Positions 10,666 to 21,240 are shown, counted from the stretch's first letter. The stretch is 64,000 nucleotides of DNA from an uncultured delta proteobacterium (GCA_963790475.1 CAWBOS010000006.1:128001-192000); one strand, 5' to 3'. Made by a program: numbers and translations. Notes: generated from the letters alone by a model not told the origin.

Positions 10666-11964
10666 ATGAAGAAATTTACCTTTGGATGGGGCATGCTGCT
10701 TGTGGCTTGCCTGGTTGTGGTGATGTGTTTCCCCGCTTGGGGGCGAACTATTAAAATCGGTGTAATTGGACCGATGAATTTTACTCAGGGCAAAGGGCAT
10801 TGGGGCGGGGCCACCATGGCCATGGAAGAGATCAATGCCCGGGGAGGTGTTCAGGTAGGTAACGAGAAAATGAAAATTGAATTGGTCAAGGCCGATTCCA
10901 ATGAATTTTTGAATGTGACTGATGCCACCAATGCCATGGAGCGTTTGATGACCCAGGACAAAGTGGATTTTGTGGTCGGTGGTTTCAGGACCGAAGCAGT
11001 ATTGGCCATGCAGGATATTGCCATGGATCACAAAAAAATCTTTATCGGCTGCGGCGCCGCGCATCCGGAACTCTGCCTGCGGGTGGCCAAGGATTATAAT
11101 CGCTATAAATACTGGTTCCGAGGGACCCCGTTTAATTCCAATTATCTGATGGCAGTTTGCAACGCCCAGGTAGCCCAGGCTGCGGAGGTCATCAAAAAAG
11201 AATTGAAAGTCCCGGTAAAAGTCGCCATCGTGGCCGAAAAGGCTGTTTGGGTGGACCCCATGATCGCTGCCGCGGCTACCAGCATTCCTAAGATGGGCCT
11301 TGAAATAGTCGGCACCTGGCGCCCCTCTGCCGTGGCCACGGATGTTACCGCCGAACTCTCGGCCATTCAGAAAAGCGGGGCCAATTTGATCCTTACCATT
11401 TTTTCTTCGTCGGTAGGTATCACCTTTGCCCGGCAGGCGGGGGAACTCAAAATCCCGGCCATCCAGACGGGTATCAATGTGGAAGGCCAAAAAGATGGGT
11501 TCTGGGAAGCCACTAAAGGGATGGGCAACTATATAATAACCCAGAATACCTATATCAAAGGGGTTGATCAAACCACGGTGACCAAGTCTTTTATCGAGCG
11601 ATATATCAAAGAGTTCAAAGAGACCCCGACCTACACGGCCGACACCTATAGTGCTATCATTTACGGCTTGGTTCCTTCAATTACGGCGGTTGGGAGTTTG
11701 GATGCCGACAAGATCGTTGCCAATCTGGAAAACCGTGAGTATTACACCTGTGCCGGGAAAATCAAATATATGAAGGATGCTCAGGGTAAACCTCTCCATG
11801 ATCTGACCTGGGGGCCTGGGTACTACACCGGGGTTAGCGGCCAATGGCAGGACGGCAAATTTGTCGGTGTTTGGCCTAATCACTGGAAACCCTCTCCGAC
11901 TGCTCCCGAGGTTACCTACAGTGGGATGGTTCCAACTAAACTGCCCCCCTGGATGAAGAAGTAA
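10666..11964 (+). CDS. Liv/HAAT-family ABC transporter substrate-binding protein
   Basis: signal peptide MKKFTFG..., IKIGVIGP, EEINARGG, VVGGFRTE; ATG 10666 after AAAGGAG. Confidence 0.92.
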   Translation: MKKFTFGWGMLLVACLVVVMCFPAWGRTIKIGVIGPMNFTQGKGHWGGATMAMEEINARGGVQVGNEKMKIELVKADSNEFLNVTDATNAMERLMTQDKVDFVVGGFRTEAVLAMQDIAMDHKKIFIGCGAAHPELCLRVAKDYNRYKYWFRGTPFNSNYLMAVCNAQVAQAAEVIKKELKVPVKVAIVAEKAVWVDPMIAAAATSIPKMGLEIVGTWRPSAVATDVTAELSAIQKSGANLILTIFSSSVGITFARQAGELKIPAIQTGINVEGQKDGFWEATKGMGNYIITQNTYIKGVDQTTVTKSFIERYIKEFKETPTYTADTYSAIIYGLVPSITAVGSLDADKIVANLENREYYTCAGKIKYMKDAQGKPLHDLTWGPGYYTGVSGQWQDGKFVGVWPNHWKPSPTAPEVTYSGMVPTKLPPWMKK

Positions 11965-12007
11965 TCAGGAACAGAACAATAAAATTCAGGAGTCAGAATC
12001 CAGAAGA

Positions 12008-12084
12008 ACCCCCCCTCCCTCACCCTCCCCGCCTCGGCTGAGCTCGTCGCAGGCCTCAGAGGGGGGAGGGAAGCGGTGGGGGTG
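12008..12084. repeat. REP-like GC-rich intergenic palindrome
   Basis: CCCCCCTCCCTCACCCTCCCC ... GGGGGGAGGGAAGCGGTGGGGGTG arms. Confidence 0.5.
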
Positions 12085-12127
12085 AATAAAATTTTTTTAT
12101 AAAAATAAAACCTTGTTTTGAGGCCTT

Positions 12128-12991
12128 ATGAATATAATAATTACCGGTCTAATCACCGGCAGTTTGTTAGCCCTGCTGGCTATCGGTTTTTCCCTGATAT
12201 TCGGGGTAGCTCGTATTGTCAATTTCGCCCACACCGCCTTTTATATGGTGGCCGCTTATTGTATCTATTCCCTGTCAATCAAACTCAGTTTTAATCCTGT
12301 CTTGTCGATGCTGGTTGCAGTGATTGCGGTCACCCTGCTCGGCTTGCTGGCCTACAAATTTCTGATCGAACCGATCCGGGAACACGAAGGGGCGGTCTTG
12401 ATTGCCACCATTGCCCTGGCTATGATTTTGCAGGAGGTCACCCTGCTGATTTTCACCGGGGATTATCTGAGCGTCAACTCTCTGATTGAGGGATACTTTA
12501 CCATTGGAGGAAACAAGGTCTTTTATCAGCAGCTGTTGAGCTTCGGCGTGGTCCTGTTGATTTTGCTCATTCTTTGGTTTCTGTTAATGAAGACCCGGTT
12601 GGGCCTGGCCATCCGTTCAACGGCCGAGGACAGGGAGGTAGCCAACCTGATGGGGATGAACGAAAGCCGGTTGGCCATGATCACCATGGGGCTGTCGGTC
12701 TGCCTGGCCGGGTTTACCGGGGCGGTGATTGTTCCTCTTACCGTCCTGAGTCCAGGTATGTGGATGGAGCCCTTGATTTTAATGATGGCTGCCATTGTCC
12801 TGGGTGGACTGGGCAGTATCAAGGGGAGTTTCTTGGCTGCTTATATCCTGGGTTTTGCCGAGGCCTTGGTGGTTTTTCTGGTCCCCACGGGGGCCTTTTT
12901 AAAAGGATCGGTCGCCTTGTCGATCATGATCCTGGTCCTGCTGATAAGGCCGGAAGGTCTTTTTGGCGTTGCTTTTGAGGAAGAGAGGTAA
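12128..12991 (+). CDS. livH: Liv-type ABC permease (LivH-like)
   Basis: ALLAIGFSLIFGVARIVNFAH, TRLGLAIRS, LGGLGSIKG, RPEGLFG. Confidence 0.9.
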   Translation: MNIIITGLITGSLLALLAIGFSLIFGVARIVNFAHTAFYMVAAYCIYSLSIKLSFNPVLSMLVAVIAVTLLGLLAYKFLIEPIREHEGAVLIATIALAMILQEVTLLIFTGDYLSVNSLIEGYFTIGGNKVFYQQLLSFGVVLLILLILWFLLMKTRLGLAIRSTAEDREVANLMGMNESRLAMITMGLSVCLAGFTGAVIVPLTVLSPGMWMEPLILMMAAIVLGGLGSIKGSFLAAYILGFAEALVVFLVPTGAFLKGSVALSIMILVLLIRPEGLFGVAFEEER

Positions 12992-12997
12992 AAAGGC

Positions 12998-14038
12998 ATG
13001 GGGCTCATTGGATTTTATTTTAAAAAACTGTTCACACTCATCAAAGGGGAGGTGTTGGTCCTTCCCAGTCGAACCATTGTCGGCCTTTTCATTTTAGTCC
13101 TCCTCGTTTTGCCCTTAATAACCCAGGACCCTTATTTGATACGCATTATTGTTTTGACCAGTATTTTTGCCATCCTGGCCGCCAGTTGGGACCTCCTGTC
13201 CGGTTTCACCGGGCAGATGAACTTTGGCCACGCCTTATTTTTTGGAGTAGGGGCTTATTCCTCGGCCATACTGAACACCCAAGTTCAAATTCCTCCCTGG
13301 GGAAGTGTGCCTTTAGGGGCCATTGTTGCCGTCCTGTCCGGCCTTATTATCGGAATTCCCTGTCTCCGGTTGAAACACACCTATCTGGCCCTGACCACCA
13401 TGGCCTTTCCGATCATTTTATTAGGAATCGTTTTTGCGGTGCCTAGTTTCACCGGAGGTGAACTGGGGATATCCGGCGTTAAAAAATTTACCAACTCTCT
13501 GGTCGGCGGCTATTATCTTCATGTCATAACCATGCTGGTCTTGTGTTTCATCATGTGGAAGATAACCGACTCCAATACCGGTATTATTTTTCATGCCATC
13601 AGGGAGGATGAGCTGGCGGTAAAGGCCTCGGGTATCAACACCACCCGCTATAAACTGCTGGCCTTTTGTTTAAGCGGTTTTTTTGCCGGCATTTCCGGGG
13701 GGCTCTATGCCCACTATATGAGGATTGCCGGTCCTTCCACGCTGGAGGTCTCCATGTCTTTCACGGTGGTGATCTGGTCCATCTTCGGAGGAATAGCTAC
13801 TATCTACGGCCCCATTGCCGGGGTTTTTATCCTCTTTCCCTTATTGGAACTAGTCCACTTTTGGCCCGAGTACCGCACCTTGATATTCGCCGTGGTGGTG
13901 TTGCTGATTCTTCTGTATATGCCGGAAGGTTTGATCCCCTGGGTAAGGGACAAGATTGAAAAAGAATGCCCCCGGTGCAAAATCAGAAACGTGGCTGTCC
14001 GGAAGGAATGCCGAATTTGCACCGCGGATTTGGATTAG
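12998..14038 (+). CDS. livM: Liv-type ABC permease (LivM-like) with C-terminal CxxC-CxxC tail
   Basis: SWDLLSGFTGQMNFGHALFFGVGAY, AIREDE, PEGLIP; ends ECPRCKIRNVAVRKECRICTADLD. Confidence 0.9.
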   Translation: MGLIGFYFKKLFTLIKGEVLVLPSRTIVGLFILVLLVLPLITQDPYLIRIIVLTSIFAILAASWDLLSGFTGQMNFGHALFFGVGAYSSAILNTQVQIPPWGSVPLGAIVAVLSGLIIGIPCLRLKHTYLALTTMAFPIILLGIVFAVPSFTGGELGISGVKKFTNSLVGGYYLHVITMLVLCFIMWKITDSNTGIIFHAIREDELAVKASGINTTRYKLLAFCLSGFFAGISGGLYAHYMRIAGPSTLEVSMSFTVVIWSIFGGIATIYGPIAGVFILFPLLELVHFWPEYRTLIFAVVVLLILLYMPEGLIPWVRDKIEKECPRCKIRNVAVRKECRICTADLD

Positions 14039-14103
14039 AAATATAAGTATTAAAATTTTTCGCAATTAAACAAGAACTGCGGTCTCAGAAAAGTCCTTGT
14101 AGC

Positions 14104-14340
14104 CTTCACCCCGACGGAAGCCGGGGTCCAGAGTGGGTTGCGATTTCTGGATTCCGGGTCAAGAGACTGTGTCGCAATTACTGGAAGAGCCATCAAAGGC
14201 GTCATTCCGGCGAAAGCCGGAATCCAGGAAGCTGGTACTGGTTCACGACTATCGTCGGGACGATGTCTGGACCCCGGTTTTCACCCCCGGATAAATACAT
14301 TCCGGGGCAGGCTTGGTGACGACTTTTTACGAATTCATCA
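14104..14340. repeat. composite REP/MITE-like palindromic element
   Basis: CACCCCGACGGAAGCCGGGGTCCAG-15nt-CTGGATTCCGGGTCAAG, then GTCATTCCGGCGAAAGCCGGAATCCAG (14201-14227) and CTGGACCCCGG; related to the copy at 28273-28343. Confidence 0.7.
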
Positions 14341-14398
14341 GGATTAACAGGAATTAAAAATAATTAACAGCTAAACAGATGTAAAGAAGGAAGCAATT

Positions 14399-16102
14399 AT
14401 GAACCCTAAAGAAATTTATTTTTCCAAACCCTGGCTTAAATACTACCCGAAGGGGGTGCCGGCCGAAGTCCCGGTCCAGGAGTCCTCTGTTATGGACCTG
14501 TTCGATCAGGCGGTTGAAAAATATGCAAATCGCCCTTCCCTGATCTTTTACGGCAAGAAAATCACCTACCGGGAGATCAAGGATGCGGTAGACCGTCTGG
14601 CAACTGCCTTGGCGGATTTGGGAATCAAGAAGGGAGATACGGTTGCCTTATATCTTCTGAACTGCCCTCAGTATGTCATCTCCTATTTTGCGGTGCTCAG
14701 GGTGGGGGCCAAGGTCACCCCCATCAGTCCGGTCTATACCAGTATCGAGGTCAAGCATCAGATCAAGGACAGCGAGGCCAAGATGGCCATCTGTCAGAAT
14801 ATTCTTTTTGATAACCTGGCCAAGTCCGGGGTGCAACCGGAACAGGTGATAATAACGAGTATTGAAGAATATCTTCCGACCATGAAAAAATGGTTCGGAA
14901 AGAAAACCGAGGATAAAGGCGGGAAAGCGGCCCCTTCCGTGGAATCCCTCAAAGGGGCCGGGATTTACTCCTTTCAGGAACTGCTCAAAAAGTATTCGCC
15001 CAATCCCCCCAAGGTAACTATTGATCCCCGGAAAGATCTGGCGGCATTGCCCTACACGGGAGGGACCACCGGCCTACCCAAGGCGGCTATGATAACCCAC
15101 TACAACATGGTAGCCGTCCAGGCTCAAACCCGGGCCTTCTGGCCTATCCTGGAAGACGGAAAAGAAGTGGTCATGGCCTTCCTGCCCTTTTTTCATATTT
15201 ACGGTCAGGTAGTGGTCATGCTCTCAGGACTTGTCCAGGGTTCAACCCTGGTCTTGTTTACCACCCCGGATATCGAAGATATCCTGGACGCCATGGAGCG
15301 CTATCAGGCCTCCGGCTTTTTCGGCGTCCCTACCTTGTTCGAATTACTCAAGGAATACGAGAAAACCAGCCGGGTCAATTGGAAGCGTTTGAAAATGATC
15401 GTCTGCGGGGCCGATACCTTGCATGATTCCACGGTCGAGGCCTGGGAGAAACGAACCAATACTACCATCCTGGAAGGCTATGGGATGACTGAAACTACCT
15501 CTGTGAGTCATGGTTCCCCTTACAACCGGCCCAAGAAAGGCTCTTTCGGAGTCCCCATCCCAAACGTGAAAGCAGCTATAGTCGAACATGAAGGGACGGA
15601 TTTTCTTCCCGTGGGGGAAGTGGGCGAATTGATATTAGCCGGCCCAAATATTATGCAGGGGTATTGGAAAAGGCCGGATAGCAACAAAGAGACCATGATG
15701 GAAATTGACGGGGAGACCTGGCTGCGATCCGGGGATTTGGTCAGTATGGACGAGGAAGGATATTTTCACTTCTTTGACCGCAAGAGGGACCTGATCAAAT
15801 ATAAGGGATATTCGGTCTTCGCCAGACATGTGGAGGAAGTCCTCTTTCAACATCCCCAGATCAAGGCCGCCGGAGTGGTCGGGGTGCCGGACCCTAAGGT
15901 GGGTAACCTGATTAAGGCCTATGTAGTCCTGGAAAGTGAGGCCAGAGGCAAAATTTCGGAAGAGGAAATAGTGGAATTTTGCGGTCAGAAACTGGCCCAC
16001 TATAAGGTGCCCAAGATTATTGAATTCCGGGGAGAGCTACCCAAGACCGACGTGGGAAAGGTCTCCCGGCGAGAACTAAGAGAAGAGGGTGAGGAAGTCT
16101 GA
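14399..16102 (+). CDS. acyl-CoA synthetase (long-chain fatty acid--CoA ligase family)
   Basis: YTGGTTGLPK, EGYGMTE, SGDL, DRKRDLIKYKG, LPKTDVGK. Confidence 0.93.
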   Translation: MNPKEIYFSKPWLKYYPKGVPAEVPVQESSVMDLFDQAVEKYANRPSLIFYGKKITYREIKDAVDRLATALADLGIKKGDTVALYLLNCPQYVISYFAVLRVGAKVTPISPVYTSIEVKHQIKDSEAKMAICQNILFDNLAKSGVQPEQVIITSIEEYLPTMKKWFGKKTEDKGGKAAPSVESLKGAGIYSFQELLKKYSPNPPKVTIDPRKDLAALPYTGGTTGLPKAAMITHYNMVAVQAQTRAFWPILEDGKEVVMAFLPFFHIYGQVVVMLSGLVQGSTLVLFTTPDIEDILDAMERYQASGFFGVPTLFELLKEYEKTSRVNWKRLKMIVCGADTLHDSTVEAWEKRTNTTILEGYGMTETTSVSHGSPYNRPKKGSFGVPIPNVKAAIVEHEGTDFLPVGEVGELILAGPNIMQGYWKRPDSNKETMMEIDGETWLRSGDLVSMDEEGYFHFFDRKRDLIKYKGYSVFARHVEEVLFQHPQIKAAGVVGVPDPKVGNLIKAYVVLESEARGKISEEEIVEFCGQKLAHYKVPKIIEFRGELPKTDVGKVSRRELREEGEEV

Positions 16103-16103
16103 T

Positions 16104-16874
16104 ATGGCCGAACCATTACTGGAAGTAGAAGGATTGACCAAAAGCTTCGGGGGGCTGCGAGCGGTCAGTGACATCCGGTTTCGCATGGAACAAAAGGAGG
16201 TCATCGGTCTGATCGGACCTAATGGGGCTGGGAAAACCACCCTGTTGCGGCTGTTCACCGGAATACTCAAACCGGATTCCGGCAGTATCCGGTTTAAGGG
16301 AAAAGAACTGGTGGGCATGAAGACCTGGGATGTGGTCAACCTGGGCGTATCCTGCACCTTTCAGAATATGAGGCCCTTTCGGCGGCTGCCGATCATTGCC
16401 AATGTTATGGTCTCCTGTTTGTCCCCCCGGTCTATGAAACATGGGGAGTGGGTAAAGAGGGTGGAGGCCAAGGCCATGGATGCCCTGGAGTTCGCAGGCA
16501 TTTCCGATATGGCCCTGGAAAAGGCCTCGACCTTGTCTCAAGGCGATCTGAAACGACTGGAAGTAGCTCGGGCGGTGGCTACGGACCCGGAACTTCTCCT
16601 CCTGGATGAGCCTTTCGGGGGCCTGAGTCCGGCGGAAACCGATTTGATGGCCAAATCCATTCGTAGGCTCCACAAAGGCGGACGCTTCGGAAGGTTGCAC
16701 AGCGAAGGCCCGGCCATGATTATTGTTGAACATAAACTGCAGCAGTTAATGAAGATCGTCGATCGCATCATTGTCCTCAACTTCGGGACCCTTCTGGCTG
16801 AAGGCAAACCCGAGGATGTGGTCAACAACCCACAGGTCATTGAGGCCTATCTGGGTGGAGGAGGAGGCCAGTAA
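16104..16874 (+). CDS. livG: Liv-type ABC ATPase (LivG-like)
   Basis: FGGLRAV, GPNGAGKTT, LLLLDEP, VIEAYLG. Confidence 0.9.
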   Translation: MAEPLLEVEGLTKSFGGLRAVSDIRFRMEQKEVIGLIGPNGAGKTTLLRLFTGILKPDSGSIRFKGKELVGMKTWDVVNLGVSCTFQNMRPFRRLPIIANVMVSCLSPRSMKHGEWVKRVEAKAMDALEFAGISDMALEKASTLSQGDLKRLEVARAVATDPELLLLDEPFGGLSPAETDLMAKSIRRLHKGGRFGRLHSEGPAMIIVEHKLQQLMKIVDRIIVLNFGTLLAEGKPEDVVNNPQVIEAYLGGGGGQ

Positions 16875-16876
16875 CC

Positions 16877-17626
16877 GTGCTCTTAGAAATCGTCCATTTA
16901 AACGTTCGCTATGAAAAGGCCGTGCTCATCAATGACTTGAGTATGGGAGTGGATACCGGGGAGCTGGTCAGCCTGGTCGGCCCCAACGGGGCCGGGAAAT
17001 CCACCACCCTTCGGGCCATCACCGGACTGGTGGCCTGGGAAAGAGAGATCAAGCGTCGTTCTACGGCTGGAGAGATCCATATAGAAGGCACGGTGAACTT
17101 CGACGGCCAGCGGATCGATAATGTCCCGGCCCATGAAATCGTCCGGCTGGGGCTTGTCCTTTGTCCGGAACGGAGAAGACCGTTCCGGGAAATGACGGTT
17201 CTTGAAAATTTGATGGCCGGCGCCTATCTGCAAAAAGACAAGAAAAAAAATCAGGAGACTTTGGGTAAGGTTTATGATTTATTCCCGGTTCTAAAGGAAA
17301 GAACAAAACAGATCTCCGGAACCCTGTCGGGCGGAGAACAGCAAATGCTGGCCATCGGCCGGGCCTTTATGTCCGATCCGAAACTTCTTTGCATCGACGA
17401 ACCTTCCACAGGTCTGGCCCCCAAGATGCGTGCCGAGGTCTTCGAAAAGATTCTCCAAATCAATAGCCTGGGGATTACCATCCTATTGGTCGAACAGGAG
17501 GTCAGCACGGTCTTTAAAATGACCAAACGCAATTATGTCCTTTCCTCAGGGAAGATCATCGCTCAGGGGACCGGCGAACAACTAATGGAAGACGAAATCA
17601 TCCGAAAAACTTATTTGGGGCTTTAA
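16877..17626 (+). CDS. livF: Liv-type ABC ATPase (LivF-like)
   Basis: GPNGAGKST, CPERRRPF, LSGGEQQMLAIGRA, DEPSTGLAP, LLVEQ. Confidence 0.92.
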   Translation: MLLEIVHLNVRYEKAVLINDLSMGVDTGELVSLVGPNGAGKSTTLRAITGLVAWEREIKRRSTAGEIHIEGTVNFDGQRIDNVPAHEIVRLGLVLCPERRRPFREMTVLENLMAGAYLQKDKKKNQETLGKVYDLFPVLKERTKQISGTLSGGEQQMLAIGRAFMSDPKLLCIDEPSTGLAPKMRAEVFEKILQINSLGITILLVEQEVSTVFKMTKRNYVLSSGKIIAQGTGEQLMEDEIIRKTYLGL

Positions 17627-17729
17627 GTAAAAAACGCCGATCTTAGAAACTGATTTTCATCGTTCGTGTCCCTTCATTTTAAATTCCAATTGACCGGGCA
17701 GGGGATATCTTTTATCTTTCGGCCACGAT

Positions 17730-19640
17730 ATGGTTATATCCCCAACAACCCGAATTAATTCCTCCGATCCTAAATCGCTTGCCGGGCTCTTAGCCTTATC
17801 CCTGGGCGCCTTGGGCGTCGTTTATGGAGATATCGGAACCAGCCCCCTTTACGCTGTGCGGGAGTGCTTTCATGGCAAGCATGCCATTGCCCTCAACCCA
17901 ACCAATATCCTGGGGGTCCTTTCTTTGGTTTTTTGGTCCCTCACCGTGGTGATCACTATAAAATACGTGGGTTTCATTATGAAGGCCGACAACCGCGGTG
18001 AAGGGGGTATCTTTGCCTTACTGGCATTGTTGCTGGAGACTAAGAGTCGGATGTCTCAGCGAAAGCAAACCCTGGTCATTTTAGCGGCTGTATTTGGAGC
18101 GACTCTCCTCTATGGGGACGGTATTATCACTCCGGCAATCTCAGTCTTATCCGCGGTCGAGGGACTGGAGGTGGCTACCGTAGCGGCAAAACCTATTATT
18201 GTTCCCTTAACCTGCCTCATCTTATTCGGCCTTTTTTTATTGCAAAAACACGGCACCGAGCGTATTGGCCGTCTTTTTGGTCCGATTATGGTAGTCTGGT
18301 TCGGCACGATTGCCTTGCTGGGCCTGGTTTCGGTGGCCCAGGCCCCTGTGGTTCTTAAGGCCTTGAATCCCTGGTATGCCGTCGAATTTTTCATGATCAA
18401 CCACTGGCACGGCTTTGTAGTCCTGGGTTCGGTGGTTCTATGTATCACTGGTGGCGAGGCCTTATATGCCGATATGGGCCACTTTAACCCCAAGGCTATC
18501 CGGGTTTCCTGGATGCTTCTGGTTTATCCCGCTCTGATTCTAAATTATTACGGACAGGGGGCCATACTTCTCACTTCCGCCCAAGCGGCCTTTCATCCCT
18601 TCTATGCCCTGGTCCCTCGGCTGATGCTTTACCCTCTGGTTATTTTGTCCACTATAGCCACGATTATTGCCTCCCAGGCCATGATTTCCGGGGTCTATTC
18701 CCTTAGTCAGCAAGCCATCCAGCTCGGCTATCTCCCCCGGTTACGCATTATCCATACCTCGGCTCAGACCAGGGGGCAGATCTACATGCCCGAAGTGAAT
18801 TGGATCATGATGCTGGGTTGTCTCGGTCTGGTTCTGGCCTTTCGGGAATCAAGCCGTCTGGCCGGGGCCTATGGTATTGCCGTAACCGCCACCATGGGGA
18901 TAACCTCCATTATCTATTTTTTTGTGGTCACTCGCCTTTGGAATTGGCCTCTCACCAAAGCCGTTCCCTTGGTTGGCCTTTTTCTTTTGTTTGATTTAAG
19001 TTTTTTCGGAGCCAACTTGTTTAAAATAATCGATGGCGGCTGGTTCACTCTGGGAGTGGCGACTCTTCTGATGGTATTAATGACCACTTGGAAAGAAGGC
19101 CGAAAGGTCTTGGGTCACGCCATTAGTTCTTTCAGAATGCCGGTAGACCTGTTTTTGGCCGATGTCGCTCGCAAGCATCCTTTCCGGATCTCGGGTACCG
19201 CTGTGTTTATGTCCGTGTCACCGGAGGGGATCCCCGGGGCCTTGATGCACCATTACAAACTCAATAAAGTGCTTCATCAGACCGTAGTCTTCTTATCTGT
19301 TCTGGTGGAAGAAATCCCAAGGATTAATCCTAAAGAACGTCTGAAGCTGGAAAATTTAGGGGAAGGGTTTTACCGTTTGACGGCCCGCTTTGGGTTTATG
19401 GAAACCCCCAACGTGCCGGAACTTATGCGTCAAGCCAAGCCGTTGGGATTGGAAACTGAACCCATGGACACCACTTATGTTCTCGGCCGTGAAACCCTCT
19501 TAACCACCGGAAAGTCCGGGATGAGCATCTGGCGGAAGGTCCTGTTTTCCATGATGTCCCGCAACGCCATGAATCCAACTAACTTTTTTAAGCTACCTCC
19601 CAATCAGGTTATAGAAATCGGGGCCCAAGTGGAGATTTGA
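17730..19640 (+). CDS. kup: KUP/HAK/KT potassium transporter
   Basis: LGVVYGDIGTSPLY, ADNRGEGGIFAL, YGDGIITPAISVLSAVEG, GGEALYADMGHF, AYGIAV. Confidence 0.97.
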   Translation: MVISPTTRINSSDPKSLAGLLALSLGALGVVYGDIGTSPLYAVRECFHGKHAIALNPTNILGVLSLVFWSLTVVITIKYVGFIMKADNRGEGGIFALLALLLETKSRMSQRKQTLVILAAVFGATLLYGDGIITPAISVLSAVEGLEVATVAAKPIIVPLTCLILFGLFLLQKHGTERIGRLFGPIMVVWFGTIALLGLVSVAQAPVVLKALNPWYAVEFFMINHWHGFVVLGSVVLCITGGEALYADMGHFNPKAIRVSWMLLVYPALILNYYGQGAILLTSAQAAFHPFYALVPRLMLYPLVILSTIATIIASQAMISGVYSLSQQAIQLGYLPRLRIIHTSAQTRGQIYMPEVNWIMMLGCLGLVLAFRESSRLAGAYGIAVTATMGITSIIYFFVVTRLWNWPLTKAVPLVGLFLLFDLSFFGANLFKIIDGGWFTLGVATLLMVLMTTWKEGRKVLGHAISSFRMPVDLFLADVARKHPFRISGTAVFMSVSPEGIPGALMHHYKLNKVLHQTVVFLSVLVEEIPRINPKERLKLENLGEGFYRLTARFGFMETPNVPELMRQAKPLGLETEPMDTTYVLGRETLLTTGKSGMSIWRKVLFSMMSRNAMNPTNFFKLPPNQVIEIGAQVEI

Positions 19641-19680
19641 TAATTATTCGAAATGAAAGAGGGGTTCTAAAAAATTCTTG

Positions 19681-19735
19681 GTATAGGGTTACGGGACAAG
19701 GTTTTCCCTTGAACCCTATACCCTGAACCTTGACC
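19681..19735. repeat. heptamer-periodic palindrome (AGGT/ACCT family) between convergent genes
   Basis: GTATAGGGTT left arm pairs with AACCCTATAC; right arm continues CCTGAACCTTGACC. Confidence 0.55.
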
Positions 19736-19747
19736 GGCATTTGTGTA

Positions 19748-20899
19748 TCAGATCACACCGATCAATCGGGAGATGACCAGCCGCTGAATCTCAGAAGTCC
19801 CTTCGCCGATCTCCAATAATTTCTGGTCCCGGTAAAACCGTTCTACATCGTATTCCTTCATCAGGCCATAGCCGCCGTGGAGTTGAACAGCATGGTTGGC
19901 GCAGCGGTACATGACCTCGGAACAGTAGAGCTTGGCCATGGCCGCTTCTTTGGCATAGGGCTTGTGGTTATCCCGAAGCCAGCAGGCCTTGTACAGGAGC
20001 AGCCTGGCCAATTCGATTTCCATGGCCATATCGGCCAATTTAAAAGAATTGACCTGAAAAGTGGAGATGGGCTTGCCGAACTGCAGACGTTCCGTGGCAT
20101 ACCGCCGGGCCATATCAAAACATCCCTGGGCCCCTCCCAGTCCCATGGCCCCGATACTCAACCGTCCGCCGTCCAGGGTTCCCAGCATCTGGTGAAATCC
20201 TTCGCCCTGGGGCCCAAGGAAATTTTTTTTTGGGACCCGGCAGTCGTCAAAATAGAGTTCACTGGTGTTCGATGACCGCCACATCAGTTTGCCGTGCATG
20301 GGCCGGGCTTCAAATCCCTTTGTTCCGGTTTCAACCAGGATGCAACTGAGTTCTTTCTTACCGGCTTCCCGGATTCCGGTTCGGGCCAAAACCGTTACTC
20401 CGGCGGTAATGTCGGTGGAGGCATTGGTGATAAAGATCTTACTGCCGTTGATCACCCAATCGTTTCCGTCCAATACGGCTGTGGTTTGTGTATTTCCGGC
20501 ATCGGAACCGGCATTGGGTTCAGTGAGTCCAAAACCCCAGAGGTTTTCTCCGCTGCAGAGTTTCGGCAGGTATTTTCTTTTTTGTTCCTCGCCCCCATAA
20601 TAGTAAAGCGGTCCGATGCCCAGCGAATTTCCGGCGGCAACCGTGGCGGCATGGGACCCGTCAATCCGGGCGATTTCCTCCACGGCAATGATGTAAGAAA
20701 TATAATCTAAACCCTGGCCGCCATAGTCTTCGGAAACAAACATGCCGAAGAGACCCAACTCGCCCATGGCCCGGCAGGTTTCATAGGAAAATTCTTCTTT
20801 TTCGTCCAGTCCCCGGGCCTTGGGTTTAATTTCTTTTTCAGCAAAATCCCGTACCGACTTCCTAAGTATTTCCTGTTCCATGGTCAAGGAAAAATCCAT
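19748..20899 (-). CDS. acyl-CoA dehydrogenase
   Basis: LTEPNAGSDA, NGSKIFITN, RLQFGKPI, QLHGGYG, IGEGTSEIQR. Confidence 0.95.
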   Translation of the reverse strand: MDFSLTMEQEILRKSVRDFAEKEIKPKARGLDEKEEFSYETCRAMGELGLFGMFVSEDYGGQGLDYISYIIAVEEIARIDGSHAATVAAGNSLGIGPLYYYGGEEQKRKYLPKLCSGENLWGFGLTEPNAGSDAGNTQTTAVLDGNDWVINGSKIFITNASTDITAGVTVLARTGIREAGKKELSCILVETGTKGFEARPMHGKLMWRSSNTSELYFDDCRVPKKNFLGPQGEGFHQMLGTLDGGRLSIGAMGLGGAQGCFDMARRYATERLQFGKPISTFQVNSFKLADMAMEIELARLLLYKACWLRDNHKPYAKEAAMAKLYCSEVMYRCANHAVQLHGGYGLMKEYDVERFYRDQKLLEIGEGTSEIQRLVISRLIGVI

Positions 20900-21240
20900 A
20901 AGGCGTTCTCCAAATTAAAGATGGTTTCGAAAAAAATCTAGCGGATGTGTTGCGCCGCACTCTTTTTCAAGGCAGGGGACTTTTGTGTACGCCTCACTCC
21001 GCGGAAGTTGCGCCACCACTCCCGATGGCGGGAGATCCAAAGGAATAAAGCGGTTAAATTCACAGATCAAAAATACTATAGGAAGTAAACAAAGTCATTA
21101 AAAAATTCCCGACCTTTTGATTTCTTCTTGACAATTTTTTTTTGCTTTTGTCAAAATATACCAACCGTTCTGTTTTTTGTCAATAAGGCAATTATGGGAA
21201 CCAAGGGTATCAAAACCCGGCAGTCAAATTCATCGGTCAG

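Noticed and set aside
10471-11571. 366-aa minus-strand ORF
   Set aside because: Antisense shadow of the well-supported substrate-binding protein; no motifs. The same applies to the many other short antisense ORFs in the track
14138-14347. 69-aa ORF (also ORFs 48684..48905, 45880..46161 and 51079..51291)
   Set aside because: These are translations of palindromic or MITE-like elements, not credible genes
20920-21040. Possible degenerate MITE upstream of the acyl-CoA dehydrogenase
   Set aside because: Only one plausible end and no second copy in the window
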